Positions 1 through 15,147 of a stretch of DNA of 64,000 bases are shown piece by piece. The notes beneath the pieces are model-generated. The model was not told where the DNA came from. It saw only the letters and a list, made by a program, of their open reading frames with translations, and made no database searches. Within the stretch, counting starts at the first letter, position 1, and each line of letters opens with the position of its first letter. The stretch is from the human T2T-CHM13v2.0 reference genome, Homo sapiens. The translations under genes were made by a program, and so were the position numbers. The DNA lies in assembly GCF_009914755.1 (NCBI RefSeq), contig NC_060945.1; one strand, given 5' to 3'.

Positions 1-339
1 GATCTTCTGCTGGATAGCCAAACTCCTCTCTGACTGCCCCCAGCCAAACGCCTCTCAGCGTTCAGACATTCCTTCTCTTCTCTCTTTCTCTGCCATGCCA
101 TTCCCCTGTTCAACTGCTTGTCTTCTCACCTCCTCATCTTCTCATCTGTTTATCTGCTTCTGGAGCCTTTTTATGGGTACAAGATTGCGGGATGTGGAGG
201 GCTAAAGGCAACATTTTGGGCACAAAAACAGGAATGCCTCTCCCAATTTAGGGCCACAGGTCTCCAGGCTTGAGGGTGTGGTCTTTGCTGGGGAACCACC
301 CTCTTCTATCCAGTATTTCCCTGTCTCCTGTCTGTATTA
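1..339 (-). mobile_element. ERV1-class LTR (MER52/LTR27/LTR28-like), truncated by window edge
   Basis: Reverse complement begins TAATACAGACAGGAGACAGGGAAATACTGGATAGAAGAGGG, resembling the MER52-family 5' end as I recall it. Confidence 0.7.
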
Positions 340-349
340 GTTTCATATG

Positions 350-1400
350 CACATTGATTGATTCATTCATTCAAAACAATTTTAACTAAGGGCCCAAGAA
401 ACTTCAGTCTTTCTTCTGAGCACTAACACAGGGCAGTGAGAATGAGAGTCAAGACTTCCATTCTCAGGAAGCTTAGAGGGAGTCAAGGAGAAAAACAATA
501 AATGAGTGAAAAAACAAATGTATATGATAATTTCAAATTGTGATAAAATCTGGAAATAAATAAGGGTTATGAAAGAAAATGGGAGTTGTTCTATTTCATT
601 GTTAGGAAAGTTCTTTCTAAGAAGTTCACAATTTAGATGAAACATGAATTGTATAAAGAAACCAGTGAAGTCCTGAATTGAAGACAAAGCCAAACGAACA
701 AGTAAATTAGAGGTGAATTTAGAATGCTGAAGAAACAGATCTCTTCCTCATCAGGCCTGATCAGCAAGAATTCCCATTCATGATCCTCCATGCTCTGTCT
801 ACATTCAAGCAATGGCAACCTTGAAAGTTATCTGTGGAAGCTGATGGAGGCTTTACTTAAAATGTCTAGACTACTGATTTACCTTTTGAGGAGGGTTACA
901 AAATAATAAGAAAATAATACTTACTGTATGTGAGCAAGAAATAATCATTTACTGTATTGTATCACTGCAATTCTGAGATGTATCTTTTACATTAGCCAGA
1001 ATTGCCTATATTAATACAGTCAAAAATTTGGGTTTTTATTAAGTGTCATGAGAATATGTTAACAGACCTCAAGCAGGGTAAGTAATATGATTTGGTCTTT
1101 GTTGTTATGCTACCACTCTGCTGAGTGGCAACGGTTTGTAGAGGAACAAGGGCAAGAGATTAATTAGGAATAAGATAATCAAAAGCTGACAATAGCATGG
1201 ACTAGGGTAGTTGCTACAGAGATAGAAGGAAATACACATGTTCTGTGTTTTTTTCAAGGTAAGTATAAAAGACCTGAAAGATAGACAGGATGTGGAGGTA
1301 ACTTACAGAGAGTGATAAAGGATGATGTTTTTCTCTAAGTTTCATGTTTTGAGCAATGAGATGAATGTCGGTATTAATTTTTCAATGGGAAGACAGAAGA
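350..1400 (-). mobile_element. L2 LINE remnants (discontinuous)
   Basis: TTCATTCATTCA (reverse complement of the L2 3' tail) at ~362, followed by typical degraded L2 antisense sequence. Confidence 0.55.
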
Positions 1401-2408
1401 ATACAGTAAAAGTGTATTTTTTGATGGGTTTTTGTGACATCCAGGGCCAATATTAGTGTATCTTTGTGTTGTGACCCATCCATAGACATTTCTGTTAATG
1501 CTGGGATTTGGAGGAAGGTGTTAAGGAGAAAATCATTGATAAAGAAACTTCTCAAGTTTAAGTGAAATAAGACCTATTACTTTTCTTACTTCAGTCAATA
1601 TAATTGAACCTAAAAATACCTGCAAAAAATGTCCTTAATAAAGGCAATAGAAAATTAGCAAGTGTAATTATTAAGGAAATGACTGAAGTAGGCACTAATC
1701 AGGACTTAAAGTCAAGACTCGTTGCAAACTTTGCCTATGATCTTCACCAGTTTTCTCACCTTGATTAAGTCTCTTGCCACGTCTGATTAAGTCTCTTTAA
1801 CAATAAATAGAGCAGACTTATTTCTCTGAATAAGCTTCTTATAATCATTAAAAATAAAAAGTCATGAGAAAACATCTCACAAATTACAAAACACTATAAA
1901 ATATAAGTAAAAGTTTCTATTACTTTTAAAATAAATACTAGAATTCAAAGTAACTTCCAGTTTTTTAAATTAACATGTTGTGTTTTTTTGTTGCTAAAAT
2001 GACATTTTTACCATGAATAATTGTGTAGCAAACAGAATACATGAATAATGGGTGGAAAGCATCAATGTAATTTCAGAAAAACAAACAAGCAAACAAATTA
2101 ACTATAGCATTTCCCAGAAGAATTTCCATGGACATAGTGATTTTCAGAGTTAATATCTTTTGGAAGGGTGGGAAAAGCTTCAAGGTGTAATTAATTCTAT
2201 ACCTAAGTCTCAATTTTGCCAAAGAACAATTCATGAATTAACATGAAGAATGTACATAACTGATATTTTAAAAAAATAGGTAGAAATGCATACAATCTAT
2301 TTTATAACTACTGGGGAAAAATACCTTTGATTTAATTTTCAAAAATGGCCTAATACTACAGACATAACAAAGCATTGTGAAGAGATCATACAGTGCATGC
2401 TTGGTGTG

Positions 2409-2549
2409 ATCAATGCAAGTACTAATGTTGCTTCCTGTCTGATAAAGACAGAGGATACACATAGTAAGTAAATGAATGAATCAATGCAAGTACTAGTGTT
2501 GCTTCCTGTCTGATAAAGACAGAGGATACACAGAGTAAGTAAATGAATG
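2409..2549. repeat. 71-bp tandem duplication (2 copies, 2 mismatches)
   Basis: ATCAATGCAAGTACT...GTAAGTAAATGAATG starts at 2409 and again at 2480. Confidence 0.95.
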
Positions 2550-2729
2550 TGGTAATTGTGACAATACAACGGCAGTTCAGAATCCAAAATACATTTCAAA
2601 ATATCAGAAGTTTACAGTTCAATTTTGAGGCATATTTTATATATCTCAAAGTTGAATTGTGGATTTGTGGATTATATACCTAGCAGAGAGTGAAAGAAAA
2701 CCAACAAAAACAAACATGCAAAACAATGG

Positions 2730-3227
2730 ACCTGTCTTAACATCCAAAATAGCTCCCCAAACCCTTTTCTGGTGTTCACACCCTTGACTATGGACTGAAC
2801 TTCATGGTGACTCACTGCTAGCAAATAAAGTGATGAATTCAAAAGTAATAAGATGTCACTTCTGAGACTAAGTTACAAAAATAATTGTGTCTTCTATCTT
2901 CCTAGCTATTTCTTCCCTCCCCTTGGAACCCTGCCTCTGGAAGAAGCCAGCAATTATTTATGAGTGATTCTATGGAGAAACCAGGCAACAGCCACACGAG
3001 TGAGCTCAAAGGGGATCTCACTGGAAATGGTTGCCATCAATACTGGAAATGGCTACTATCTCCACCTATGTACTGATAGCATCCTCAGGACAGATCTTGA
3101 ATTCGAGCCACCCTGTTAAGCTACACCTGAGTTTTTGACCTATAGATGCTGAGATAAAGAATAATTGGTGTTTTAAGCCACTATGTGTTAGGGTAACAAT
3201 TTATTACTTACGATAAATAACAAATAA
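2730..3227 (+). mobile_element. MaLR solo LTR (MLT1F/G/H-like)
   Basis: Internal CTGCCTCTGGAAGAAGCCAGC and 3' TGTTTTAAGCCACTA...ATAAATAACAAATA motifs typical of MLT1. Confidence 0.7.
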
Positions 3228-4189
3228 TGGCCTTTTTAGCTAAAACCATCTAATTTACTGTAAAATTTTGATTTTAAATTATCTTCACAAAATGCTTAAG
3301 AAAGCTATATATATGTGTGTGTGTGTTTATATATGTGTTTATATATTCATATATCTTTATGTATGTATAAACCAATGTTTATATCTTAAGCTTTTTGTGT
3401 TCCTCAAAATCTGAAAACAAAATTAACTGTTTTATGAAAGAGAAAAAAGGCATACTTATTATACAGAAGAAAAATTGGTAGGCAACTGTTGACACTATTA
3501 TGTGAACAACAGTCATCTTTTTAAGACTTTTAAAATTATTTTGAAGAAGATATTTTCCCCTAAACCTTTCAGTTTCAAAAGGTTTTGAATATAAAACAAC
3601 TGCTGAAATAAAGCATTGACATTTAAACATTAACAGAGCTTCAAAACTCTGTTAATGGGGGAAAAGTTGTGCATATAGGCTAATGTCAGGAGTGCAATAT
3701 TCTTGCTAAATTCTAAAAGCAGCTTTCTGGTCTAAATTTAGGGCTACTGGCAGTGGATCCAACGTTAGATGGGGATTTGAGAAAACAGTTGTTTCAGCCA
3801 CACATATAAGCCAGGAGAGTGTTGGCAAGAGTAACTTCCACACAAAACCATGACAGAGAAGGAAACAAAAAGATTCCTGACATTTAGACCAGTTGGAGAT
3901 AATGTGTCACAAACAAGTAACTACAAATACATGTTTCTAAACAAGGCAGTGATAATTTCTCAACCAGTTGGCTGTTAAAACAAACTCTGCTGTTCCTTTC
4001 TATTTTCCTTCACATTCTTTGCGTATTGGTCCTTCCATCTGGCTTACTTTTTTGGACCCAGATCCAGGAGGGCATTTTCCCATAAAGCTTGATAGAGGAT
4101 AAGCTGCAAAAGCAATCTCTGTACATGGTAATTCCAGTAGTCCAATGTGAAACACGGAAGAACAATTATTCAGCCCACATTTGTTTCCC

Positions 4190-4355
4190 TGGCAGCTCTC
4201 TGAGACCTCTTTTTATAAGGTCACTAATTCCATTCATGAGGGCTCCACCCTCATGATCTAACCAACAACCAAAAGCCCACTTTCAACATGTTGTCACGTT
4301 ATTGATTAGATTTTAACATATGAATTTTGAAGAGACACGAACATTTGGATCACAG
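4190..4355 (-). mobile_element. MaLR LTR fragment (MLT1/MST 5' part)
   Basis: TTTTATAAGGTCACTAATTCCATTCATGAGGGCTCCACCCTCATGA...AACATATGAATTTT. Confidence 0.7.
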
Positions 4356-6090
4356 AAGGAAGCTTTATATGGCAGTTCAAATTCAAATTCTGGACTTGGA
4401 CAACCCAAACACGGCCCCAGCATGACTTGGCAATCACTTTCTTTACAAATTGAGGTGTTCTGATTTTTCAGAACATTCTGATTATTCAGAAATAATGAAT
4501 GTGCATTACTGACAGCATCAGAAAGTAGTAATTATAAATGTTAAACTGCGTATATTTGGAACTTATATCTCTGTAAATAATATGTAACCATGGAACATGA
4601 TAGCAGTTCCTAAAGTTTAACTAAACTAGCTTACGATTTATAAAAAAACATCACCCTATCGAATATTTTTTATTTAGAGATTGAGCTTTTGAGTAGCACC
4701 CCCTTACCTCAGCTTTATAAACATGTTCCTGAATATGTTTTGAAAAGTCTTTCTTTAGGTTTTGTCAATACCTACATTTATTATTCTAATTTATCTACTG
4801 GTTCCAGCTCCCAAAATGGACTGAGTTAGTAGTTTGAATTTAAAATTTTAACTTTATCATGATTAAATTATTTAAAATGCAACAATTTCAAGTTTTGGTA
4901 TGTGCAAAATACAGTAATAGAGGTTCAGTGCAAATCCATACAGAGGAAATGAGGATGTTAGCCAGCTTTGTTAAATCTGTAAATGTGTTTAAGAGCTTTC
5001 TTTATGCTATTGTTCCCCCATGCTGTGGAAGTCCATAAGCATTTCATAAACCTTTATCTGGACAAAATAAAAAAGCAGGCCAGTAGTCAGGATCTTGATG
5101 TCATGCTCAATAAGGCAAAGTGTGAGGAAAAAGAAAGAAACTAAAAGCTGCAAGAGATTGTGCTGAGTGGGAAAATACGGCTTTTCTTGTTTTGTTACTC
5201 TTCATTTCAACAAGGCATACTGTGATATAATTTAAAGTGGAAAATCGATGTGGGTAAATAAAACTTTTTAACTTTTATGTTTGGATTTTATATTTGAGAT
5301 TTTTCATTTATTTACTCAGTAAAAATAGTTGAATGTCAACTATACAGTCAATCCAATGCAAAGCTCCTGAAGGATAGTGAATTTCTTTTACTTTTAGGTT
5401 ATAGACAAAAGGGTTGCTTGACTGCAGAGTGTTTTATTCCCCCTAAGAGTACAAGAATTAGAATATGTGTTTTGGAATGTGAACCATGGTGAAGCTAAGA
5501 TGTGTCTTCAATAAGGAGAATATATGGACCTGGTTTTGTGAACAGAATGATGGGTTGGTTTCTGGGTCTTGAGAGTAAAGAGGAAAGAGAAAAAAACAGT
5601 GGTGATATTTCAGGAAACAAGCTACATTCTACTAAAGGCAGAAACTGACTTCCCAGTAATTGCAAGAGCACAGCTTGAGATTCAGAGAGCTTGAACCAAA
5701 GTATTAATCTGAGCACCTGGAAGACCATAGAGCCAATTGAGTTGATACCAAAACCTGCAAACAAGAGTACTGTATAGTCCTTCGGTTAGCATATTCAACA
5801 CAAATTCTTATCCCTATGCCAACTCTTAACCATGGAGGTAGCTATTTAAAATATTTTCCGCCAGGATTTGCAGTTTTAGTATCTAATGTACAATTAAATA
5901 CTTATTAATTTTACTCTAAGTTTCAGTTGAGAGTTTACACAGGTAAGGAGCATTTGGATATTCGATGTATATTTTCTGAGATGTGATTATTGTTACTCTA
6001 GCTAAGGAGAGTGTTTCTCCACAACTTACTGGTGTACTAACAAAGCCATGTTTGGTGCTTCCATTCTTAGTGGTGATAATGACTTTGCAG

Positions 6091-6126
6091 GGTTTCTCCC
6101 TCTTTTTCGGTTTCTCCCTCTTTTTC
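6091..6126. repeat. Perfect 18-bp tandem duplication
   Basis: GGTTTCTCCCTCTTTTTC x2. Confidence 0.9.
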
Positions 6127-7176
6127 AATTTCTCTGAAATCTGGCTCACTTAAAGTTTCATTATAATTATTAGATAAAAAGCAAGGTAGTCACTTTTCAG
6201 GAAATGAAAGATTTCTGGTATTCATAAAATTTAAGTGTCTTGGCAGATATTAAGGTAACATTTCCCTAATTATTATTAAATTGAATTTTTCTAAGCCAAA
6301 ATGACCTTAAAATAAGGAAAACATTTATTTGCTCCAAGTAAACTTTCTATGCCTTATCACAACACTCTTCTCCCTTTAATTATCTCTTGACATGCCCAGT
6401 AAGGTCAAGTTTGTCAGAAAACTTGCACGGATCTTTTTTACATTTACTGATGAAGGCATTGCAAACATTATCCTAGCAGGAATAACAGAAACTCAGGATA
6501 TTTTTATTTACAGGGCCCCCTGTCTTGAATTCCTCCTTCTACGCTGTGCTAAACTGCTAATTTCTCACTTCATTCCATGACTTTATCAAGCCTTAAACTG
6601 AGTAAATTGTGTTCATTGTTTTAGATTCACCTTGATGTGCACAGTTATTCATGCTGGCTCTGGATCCAATAGACCAGCAACTGTGCTCATTTAATCTTGG
6701 CTTAACCATTTCTGGCATCTCGCTTCTGTCACTGGCCAGTATCTCTTACTGGAAAGTCTCCCAGCTAGACATGATCTGCCGATCAGTCTAAAGCTATCAT
6801 CTGATATGTTTCCCAAGTCCTGAAATTTTTGCCTTCTGACTCTGTTGGGCTTTCTTTCAATACTATGCTATGCTTTACTTGTAACAGCCTTTGCTATGAG
6901 CAAATCAAATTATCCTGTTTCTATTTCTCTGTGGTCCTGATGTTACCTAAGAGGTAAAATTTGTAAAGTGCTAATTACTTCATACAGGATCAGAGAGTTA
7001 GAGAGTCCTATGGGAATTTAGAATTCCCCAAGTTCCGTTGTTTCCAGAAAACTGGAGCTATTACTTGTTCCCAGTCACATAATTTATTATGACTAAAGGT
7101 ATGTCTCAAAAACAGGATGCAAGGTTTCAGTCTATTTTTTTCTATAATACTACACTGAAGTAATATAATCACATTA

Positions 7177-7504
<328 letters not shown>

Positions 7505-8666
7505 CTACATACGGAAATTGAGCCACTATTAGAAGGGGTTTCCTGGAGGAGGTTCAGGAAAAGCCAAGAATCTCTTGACAACTTATTTGGTGTCATTTAT
7601 TCAACTGTCAGTAAGCTTGGAAAAATAAAACAAGTATTGCAAAAGAAAAAAAAAGATAATATTGAGAAATGATAAGAAATGCCAAAAACAAGTTGCTAAA
7701 TTAATGTACAAATAAATGTCAAGTATGACATTTGTTTTACTTCTTTCTTCAATAAGTACTACTGTAAGTTGCTGCAATGTCTTCATCCTTCTCAGTAGAG
7801 CTGCCAAAAGTCTGATAGGTCTCCACTCACTTTTACTTATTTCAAGACAGCAGTCATTTGTTTGCTAATTCCTTAATCCCATTGTGATTGAGTATCTCTG
7901 AAATGTACAGGCAATCTTTATTTTGTTTAGTTGCCTCAGAATTAAATTGCCCCAGGTATGAAAATCCATGACACAAATAATCAAAAGTAAGAGAGCAGAG
8001 TGTCCTCAGATGTCACCAATGCAAAAATAGGCAAGTAAAATCTGTGATGGGATTTTAACATTCACAAAGCACTAGAAAACTATATATCAGAATTTGTGTA
8101 ACTATCTCAATGACCTGTCACTAGCTTTTTTTCTGGAGATTTCATTATTCATTCATCCAATTATGGCAAAGGAAGATATTCTACTCTCTCTTAATTAAAA
8201 CTGAAAATGATACATTATATGCAAATATCATTCTACACACAAATATACACATAGACACTCATATATACTCATGCTCACACATACAGTCATCACAAATATT
8301 GTGCTTACAGATGGTGAGAGTACGATTATAAACTAATTGCTTTAGAAAGGAAAAGAAGAATATCAAAGTGTGTGCTGGAGGTTGTGTGATCCAAGAGAGA
8401 AGAGAAATGGAAAGGAAGCTGGGGTGGTAGGAACGTATTTAATGAGTTCTGATGGGGTGGTGGGGATGGGTGATATTGTGCTTGTCACTATATATGAGTT
8501 ATTTCATTCAATTATCAAACGTGTTTATTAAGTAGATGTTATTATTTTTGCTTTAAAAGCTAAATATCAAAGATGTTAAGCAACACAGAGCCAAGGTACC
8601 ACAAATACAAATTACCTGATTCCCAAAAATATTTTTTGTCACCATGTTGGTTCTAAAGCCTACTAG

Positions 8667-9025
<359 letters not shown>

Positions 9026-9865
9026 TAATTTTAAATTTTCAAATTTGCAGTTTGTTAAAAGATCTATTGATAGTATCTCACCCCTACATTAGCTCAATTT
9101 CGTCTTCTTATGTGTGGCAACTTTCTCTGACCTTCCCTTAAAAACCTTCCCTAGAAGTTTTGACTGTAACCCTCTTCTATTTGCTTTTATTCACTCTCCT
9201 TCAAAGCGTTCATATCCATGTAGCTAGTTGTCTCTTAAATCATGAATTCAAATTCTTTCAAAATTATTACTCTGAGTTACTGTCTAACATGTTTCTTGCA
9301 AATAACTCAAATTTTATTTGTCCAGGTTTTGCTCACAAACACTCCAATGAAGCCTAATTATATCTTTAGACAGTTGATCTTAAAAATGCATTTAAAATAT
9401 TATTTAGATTTTTCCCTTTATTTTCATTTCTGCAAGCATCATCAAGGTCAAGCCGTTATCATAGCTTGAGTTGATTGAAATAAATCTCTTTTTTCTAGTC
9501 ATTCTTTAGCTAATTTCTTCTACTCAACATGATTCAGTTGGTCTGTCAAAATATATCACACATAAGTACAATATTTCTTTTCAAAACTTTCTGGGATTCC
9601 TTCTTGCTTAATGTTAATTCCAAATCTCCTATCCTGGCATTAAAGGCCTTCTAGTCTTATTCACAGTATTTCTTCACCCAGAATACTGTGCCTCTTTCAT
9701 TATAAATCAATGTTTTCCATTTGTACATGTCCAACTGAAACCCCATCTCCTCCCTGTCTCGCCCAGCCAAAACCAATTTGCTCCTCTGCTCTCACACAGA
9801 ACTTTGTTTATACCTGTCTTATGTAGTCATTAAATGCTTTCTTAGCGAATGGATGTTGGATTCTC

Positions 9866-10222
9866 TCTCAGTTTGTTTGGGTTGTCATAACAAAATATCA
9901 TAAACCAAGTGACTTATAAAGAATAGAAATTTATTTTTCACAGTTCTGAAAGATAGGAGGCTCAAGATCAAGGAACTGGCAGATTTGGTGTCTGGGGAAG
10001 ACCTGCTTCCTGCTTCAAAAATGGCAGTCTGCTCTGTGTCCTCACATGGTAGAGAGAGTAACCAAGTTCTGTGGGGATTTTTATAAAGACATTAACCCAT
10101 ACATGATGCTTCTGTCTCATGACCTCAGTGAACCCTGATTATCTCCCAAAGACCCCACGCCTTAATACCATCACATTAGGTGGCAGGGTTTCAACATATG
10201 AACTTCGGAAGAACTCAGCATT
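9866..10222 (-). mobile_element. MaLR solo LTR (MLT1A-like)
   Basis: ATAACAAAATATCATAAAC...GAAATTTATTTTTCACAGTTCTG...TCAAGATCAAGG...GGTTTCAACATATGAA. Confidence 0.85.
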
Positions 10223-10309
10223 TGTAATGCAAGAGCTTCTACTCTGCAACATACTTAAGGGAAGCCTCTCTCAGATGGATTTTCCCTACATCTTGTCATT
10301 AACATTAAT

Positions 10310-11330
10310 TGCCCTGTTTAGGTTGGGTTCACCAGACAGCCTGAGAAAAGTGATGTACTGAGGGAGTACTTTCAGGTAAAGGATGTGTGATCAAGGGGAT
10401 ACAATACTAAGCACACATGTTGTTTTAACTGAAGATTAGATTCTATTTGATCCCACGAAGAGCTCTGGAGTACAAATCACACTATCAAGTTCCTGACCAG
10501 GGGTCCCCTCCTACTCTTGGAGGCAGGGGTATAACCTCTTCCAGAATGAGGCAGTTCCCTTTGGGCTGTAGGTAGGCTCCAAAGAAGATGGCAGCTATGT
10601 GTTATTAGCGTAGCTAAAGGGTGTATGCATAAACCTGGCAAGGTGATCTGGCCAGGACACCAATAATATCTATAACAATGTATCTTTTGCACATTCAGAT
10701 CAACTTCCTTTTATTAATTTCAACTTATTTATTTCATTAAGTTTACTTCATAAAGACACTATTTTTTCTGGATTTTAGTTAATTACAGTTTCTAGGAAAA
10801 CTCGCAAAAGTAGAGTTCATGGGTCAAAGAAAGTTCCCTGTTGCCACATTTGATCTTGAGGTTAAAAATATCATCTCCCTCCTCCATGTCTCATTCTAGG
10901 TTCCCCTTCTCTTGGCTAACGTTTCTGGTCTTCTGGTGTTCTGGCATGAGGGCTTCTACCATAGCTTTAAGTTTAACGGAAATCTTACTATGCCCCCTGA
11001 TGGAAGGGTTGCTTTATGACAACCAAGACCTGGAGCTGTACAGAGCTTAAAATTCCTGGGACTGGATGCTCAGACAGGTGAAATGGATCATTGAGATCAC
11101 TGAGAGTGACGCTGAATCAAACACTTCCACTCCTACCCCTTGGTTTCCAGAGCTGTGTATTCTTCCTCTTGGGGAAAGATCATGACACAACGATTGCTTC
11201 GAAGGTGTTAGCTTCAAGTGAGCAGCACGTATGTTCCTTTAAGATGTCATTTCACTTTTATGGCAGGCTAGCAGCTTTTAGGTAAATACAGGAAAGGTAA
11301 GTCTATGCTTCCAGTAGCTCAGGCCAAATA
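10310..11330 (-). mobile_element. Old ERVL element (LTR16-like LTR plus internal remnant)
   Basis: TTAGGTTGGGTTC...AGCCTGAGA start resembles LTR16 antisense; downstream sequence resembles 37420-38260. Confidence 0.45.
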
Positions 11331-13887
11331 CAAACCATAATCTTTGACTCCTGAATTTCTTTCACATACTCTACCACATTCTATTGGTTATGCATTCAAA
11401 ATATATGTAGAGTCTGATTTTCTCAGTGACTCCATTGTTAACACTATATTTTAAACCATAGTAATCTCCTACTTCTAGGCCATTAAACTGGATCTTGTTT
11501 ATTTTGTCTTTGCCCCACCACAAAACTACACTCCCGTGAATAGGTTTTGTTAAGAATGACTCTTTTTAAAACATGCCTGTCTATATCACTCTTCCGCTCA
11601 CACCCTGCCAATGACTTTTCCATCTTTCTCAGAAAAAAATCTAAATATTTTCATAAAAGTTTGCAAGGCATACCTGCAATCAAACATCTTATATTTAAAT
11701 CCACCTCTTACTATTTGTGTGAAACAGACAGGCTAATGGAATTATTTGTGTCTCAGTACAGTATTGAGAGAATTATGTGAGTTGGTGTATAGCAATATAC
11801 TTATAATAGTTCCTGGCACTGAAACAACACTACATAAATGTTAGCTAATATTTTCATTGTTTCAGTTCTTATTATTGCAGGTGTATTTTGTGCTTGTATT
11901 TTTATGAATTACTTAAACATAAATATTTTTCATGTCACATGATAATTCTCAGATACATGATATCTAATGGCTATGTAATATTCTATCCTATATTATGCCA
12001 TTTTTATTTCTTTCATCTATTCATTCATTTATTCATTGAATCATGCTTTCTAATCGAGGTATTACAGAAACTGCTTGAACTCACTTTGAGGAAAGTAAGT
12101 CTATATGAGATAGAAAGCAATAACGCAAGCCAACACATGCATAAAATGTATGATTGAATATGTTCATTATTTTATTTGGCAATTCCACCAAAGAATATAC
12201 TTTTTCTTCCTCACATGTTTAAATATTTAATGCTATAGCAAAAACATTATCTCAAGAAACTTTCTGTGCATATAGGGAAGAACACAGAGGGATCCTTATC
12301 CATCCCTTTCTTCTATGGAAAATGCTGGGCATAAAGAGAGAATAGAGTCCAAGTAGAGGTTAAATTTGAGTTCTGTCTATGTAACCTTTACTTGTGTCAA
12401 GGGTGCAATGTGTAGAAATAATGCTGCCATTTGTAGAGTCCAGTCACTTCTCAACTACCAGTAGTCATGACTAAACAGTAAATTGCATAAACCTCAAAAG
12501 ACATCAGAGACTAATATATATGAAGGATATCAGTACCGTATGTTCCACTGGTCACTTGGTAACATGGAAACAGAAAGAGTAAATATTTCACAGATGGAAC
12601 ATTCAGCAAATCCTATGAAAAAAATTCATATTTATTTTTAATCCTCAAATATACGGTCATTTTAAACAATTTTATTTATTTTAATGGCTACCTAATTTCC
12701 TTTAATATCAGAGAAAAATTAAATTAAATTCTATTTTCATCGCCACCCTCTCACCCCTGCTGTGGTTTACCTCTTTGGCATTTTATTATTGAAAAATGCC
12801 TACCCACCATATGAAATTATTTATCCAGGACTATAGCCGAAGAACAATAATTTTAAAAGCTACAAAACATTATAATACTAAAAACACACGAAATAGATTG
12901 TCCTCCTTTTTAATCTCATAGTGTTATCAAAAAAGTATTAATTTTCACTGAGACTCAGGCAAAAAATATTTTTTACTTTTGCAAGAGCATATTGTATTTA
13001 TTGTCCATATAATACTGTCTTAAACACGTTAGATTTGTTTACTATTTATTCCCGTAAAAGCAGGGAATTGGAAACCAAAGGAAATCAGACCTTTAAATCC
13101 TCTCACCTAATGTGAGCCGTTTTTTTTTCTGAGCTGAGGGAAAGAACCATCATATAATAAATCGAATCAGCTGAAAGATCTCTCTTCAGCAAGTAAGCTG
13201 TATATAGTTGGAGTGTAAAAGACAAGTGGCCACAGAACAGTCCCTACGCCTGGAAACTTAATTAACTTATATTTTACCATCATAAGAAACAAGGTTAGGG
13301 TCTCTACCAAGCTCTGCTATACACACACAACCCCTTTTACCAAAACCTCTGAGACTTGATCTCTGGCAAACCTGGTTTCAGAGTAACACCTCCCGTCGTA
13401 TCTTTACCAACATGCATATAAAACATTTTCTCATTATATTTTACTCTCATAATGCAATAAAATCTTTTATTAACCTTTACTTAGGATATAAGATTATTTG
13501 AGCACCCACCGACAACAAACTGAGTGTAGCATCTCTATTTTATTACCACCTAACCACTCGTCATTGTGGAGAAGACCAACGTTTTCAGAACCCCTCCCAA
13601 CTCACCATCATGGTTTGTGGAAAGTAAATCTCTTTCCACTCAGGTGTTGTGATATGAAAAGGAATTAAAGAGAGAGAAATACAGCGCTGGGATAAACAGC
13701 AAAAATGAGAACAATTTTAATCTGTTGTGTGTGAAATTAAATATCATGTATCATTTCCCCATTAGACAAACTATGTCCAGAGTAACTAAATATAGTTTTC
13801 CTGATTGTTTCTGCTTGGAATCTTACCCATTCAGCGCTTTTTTCTTTTACATTTGAGGAATTAATTTCAAACTTTAAGTTTCAGCTT

Positions 13888-13970
13888 ACCAACATGGCAC
13901 ATGTATACATATGTAACAAACCTGCACGTTGCGCATATGTACCCTAAAACTTCAAGTATAATAAAAAAAA
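13888..13970 (+). mobile_element. Extremely 5'-truncated L1PA (terminal ~80 bp)
   Basis: ACCAACATGGCACATGTATACATATGTAACAAACCTGCAC...TATAATAAAAAAAA; TSD AAGTTTCAGCT at 13876 and 13969. Confidence 0.95.
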
Positions 13971-15147
13971 GTTTCAGCTGATATATTGTGTAATAAGTTA
14001 TTTTAATAGACTTTAAAAAGCTCAATTTTCATTCAGGGGAAAAATTGCATAAGAGTACTGAAGATATCTTGAATGCCAAGAAGCTCTTGGAAAACTAACT
14101 TTTTTTAAGTAAAATGCAGAAAAACAGAGAAAACTCGAAGCCAATAAATTGGGCACGGATTTTAAAATTAGAAGCCACCACACTTGCAGAAGCAGTATAA
14201 AGTTTTTAAAATCTGGGATGTATTTAATAGACTCAATTATTTTCCATTTAAAATTTTAATATTTTAATAAAGCTAAATTCATAGGTAGAGAAATATTATT
14301 GGCATTGGTATATGGAAAAAATTATTGTATGTACTTGTATGTTGCAGCCAAGTACATTGGTATATATCACAACTTTAAAGGAGTGGAGGGAGCTCAGAAA
14401 ATACCCCTGTTTTGTCATCCAAATTAAAAGTGCCAATAATAAGCACAGAAACTCACATCCCCTTACTAATTTGTTGGCAGTTTTCCCAGAAACATATTTT
14501 ATGTAGATAAGTCTTCACTTTGCTCATACATTTCATTATATAAATTATTTTTACAAATTAATTTTTCATTAGGCACAAGAATATGGTTCACTAAATATGC
14601 TGAAATTTACTACATTATTTGCATCTGAGGAATATATGACATGCCACTGACTTTTACTAAGACGGTCTAAGCATTAGAGTGTGTTATGGTCCCCCGTGTG
14701 AATACATTTCTGAAATGTTTCCAACACTTATAGCCTGGCATTCAGCCCCCATGATGATCTAGCTCAAAGACATTTGTAGTCTTATCCTGTGCTATTCCTC
14801 TTTACATAGTAGATCCTGCAAACCAGTGGAACCATTGCTATTCACTAACATGCCTTTTGCACTTTCTATTCTTCTTTTATTTGCATCTGTCATTTTCAAT
14901 AATTTTGACCTCATGACCAAAAATTATCTTTAAATTATTGAGGAGGATCCCCCCCAAAAATTTATGTAGGCTGAATCTGTTAATACCAGGCTAAAAGTTA
15001 AATGTTTTACAAAATAGTATTTTAATTAATACTTCAAAACATAATCATGATAGATCTATTAAAGTTTTACATAATATATATATATGTGTAGTTTCTAAAA
15101 CAAAATAAAATAGTGAGCAGAAGAGAATTATTTTACATTTTAGCTAC

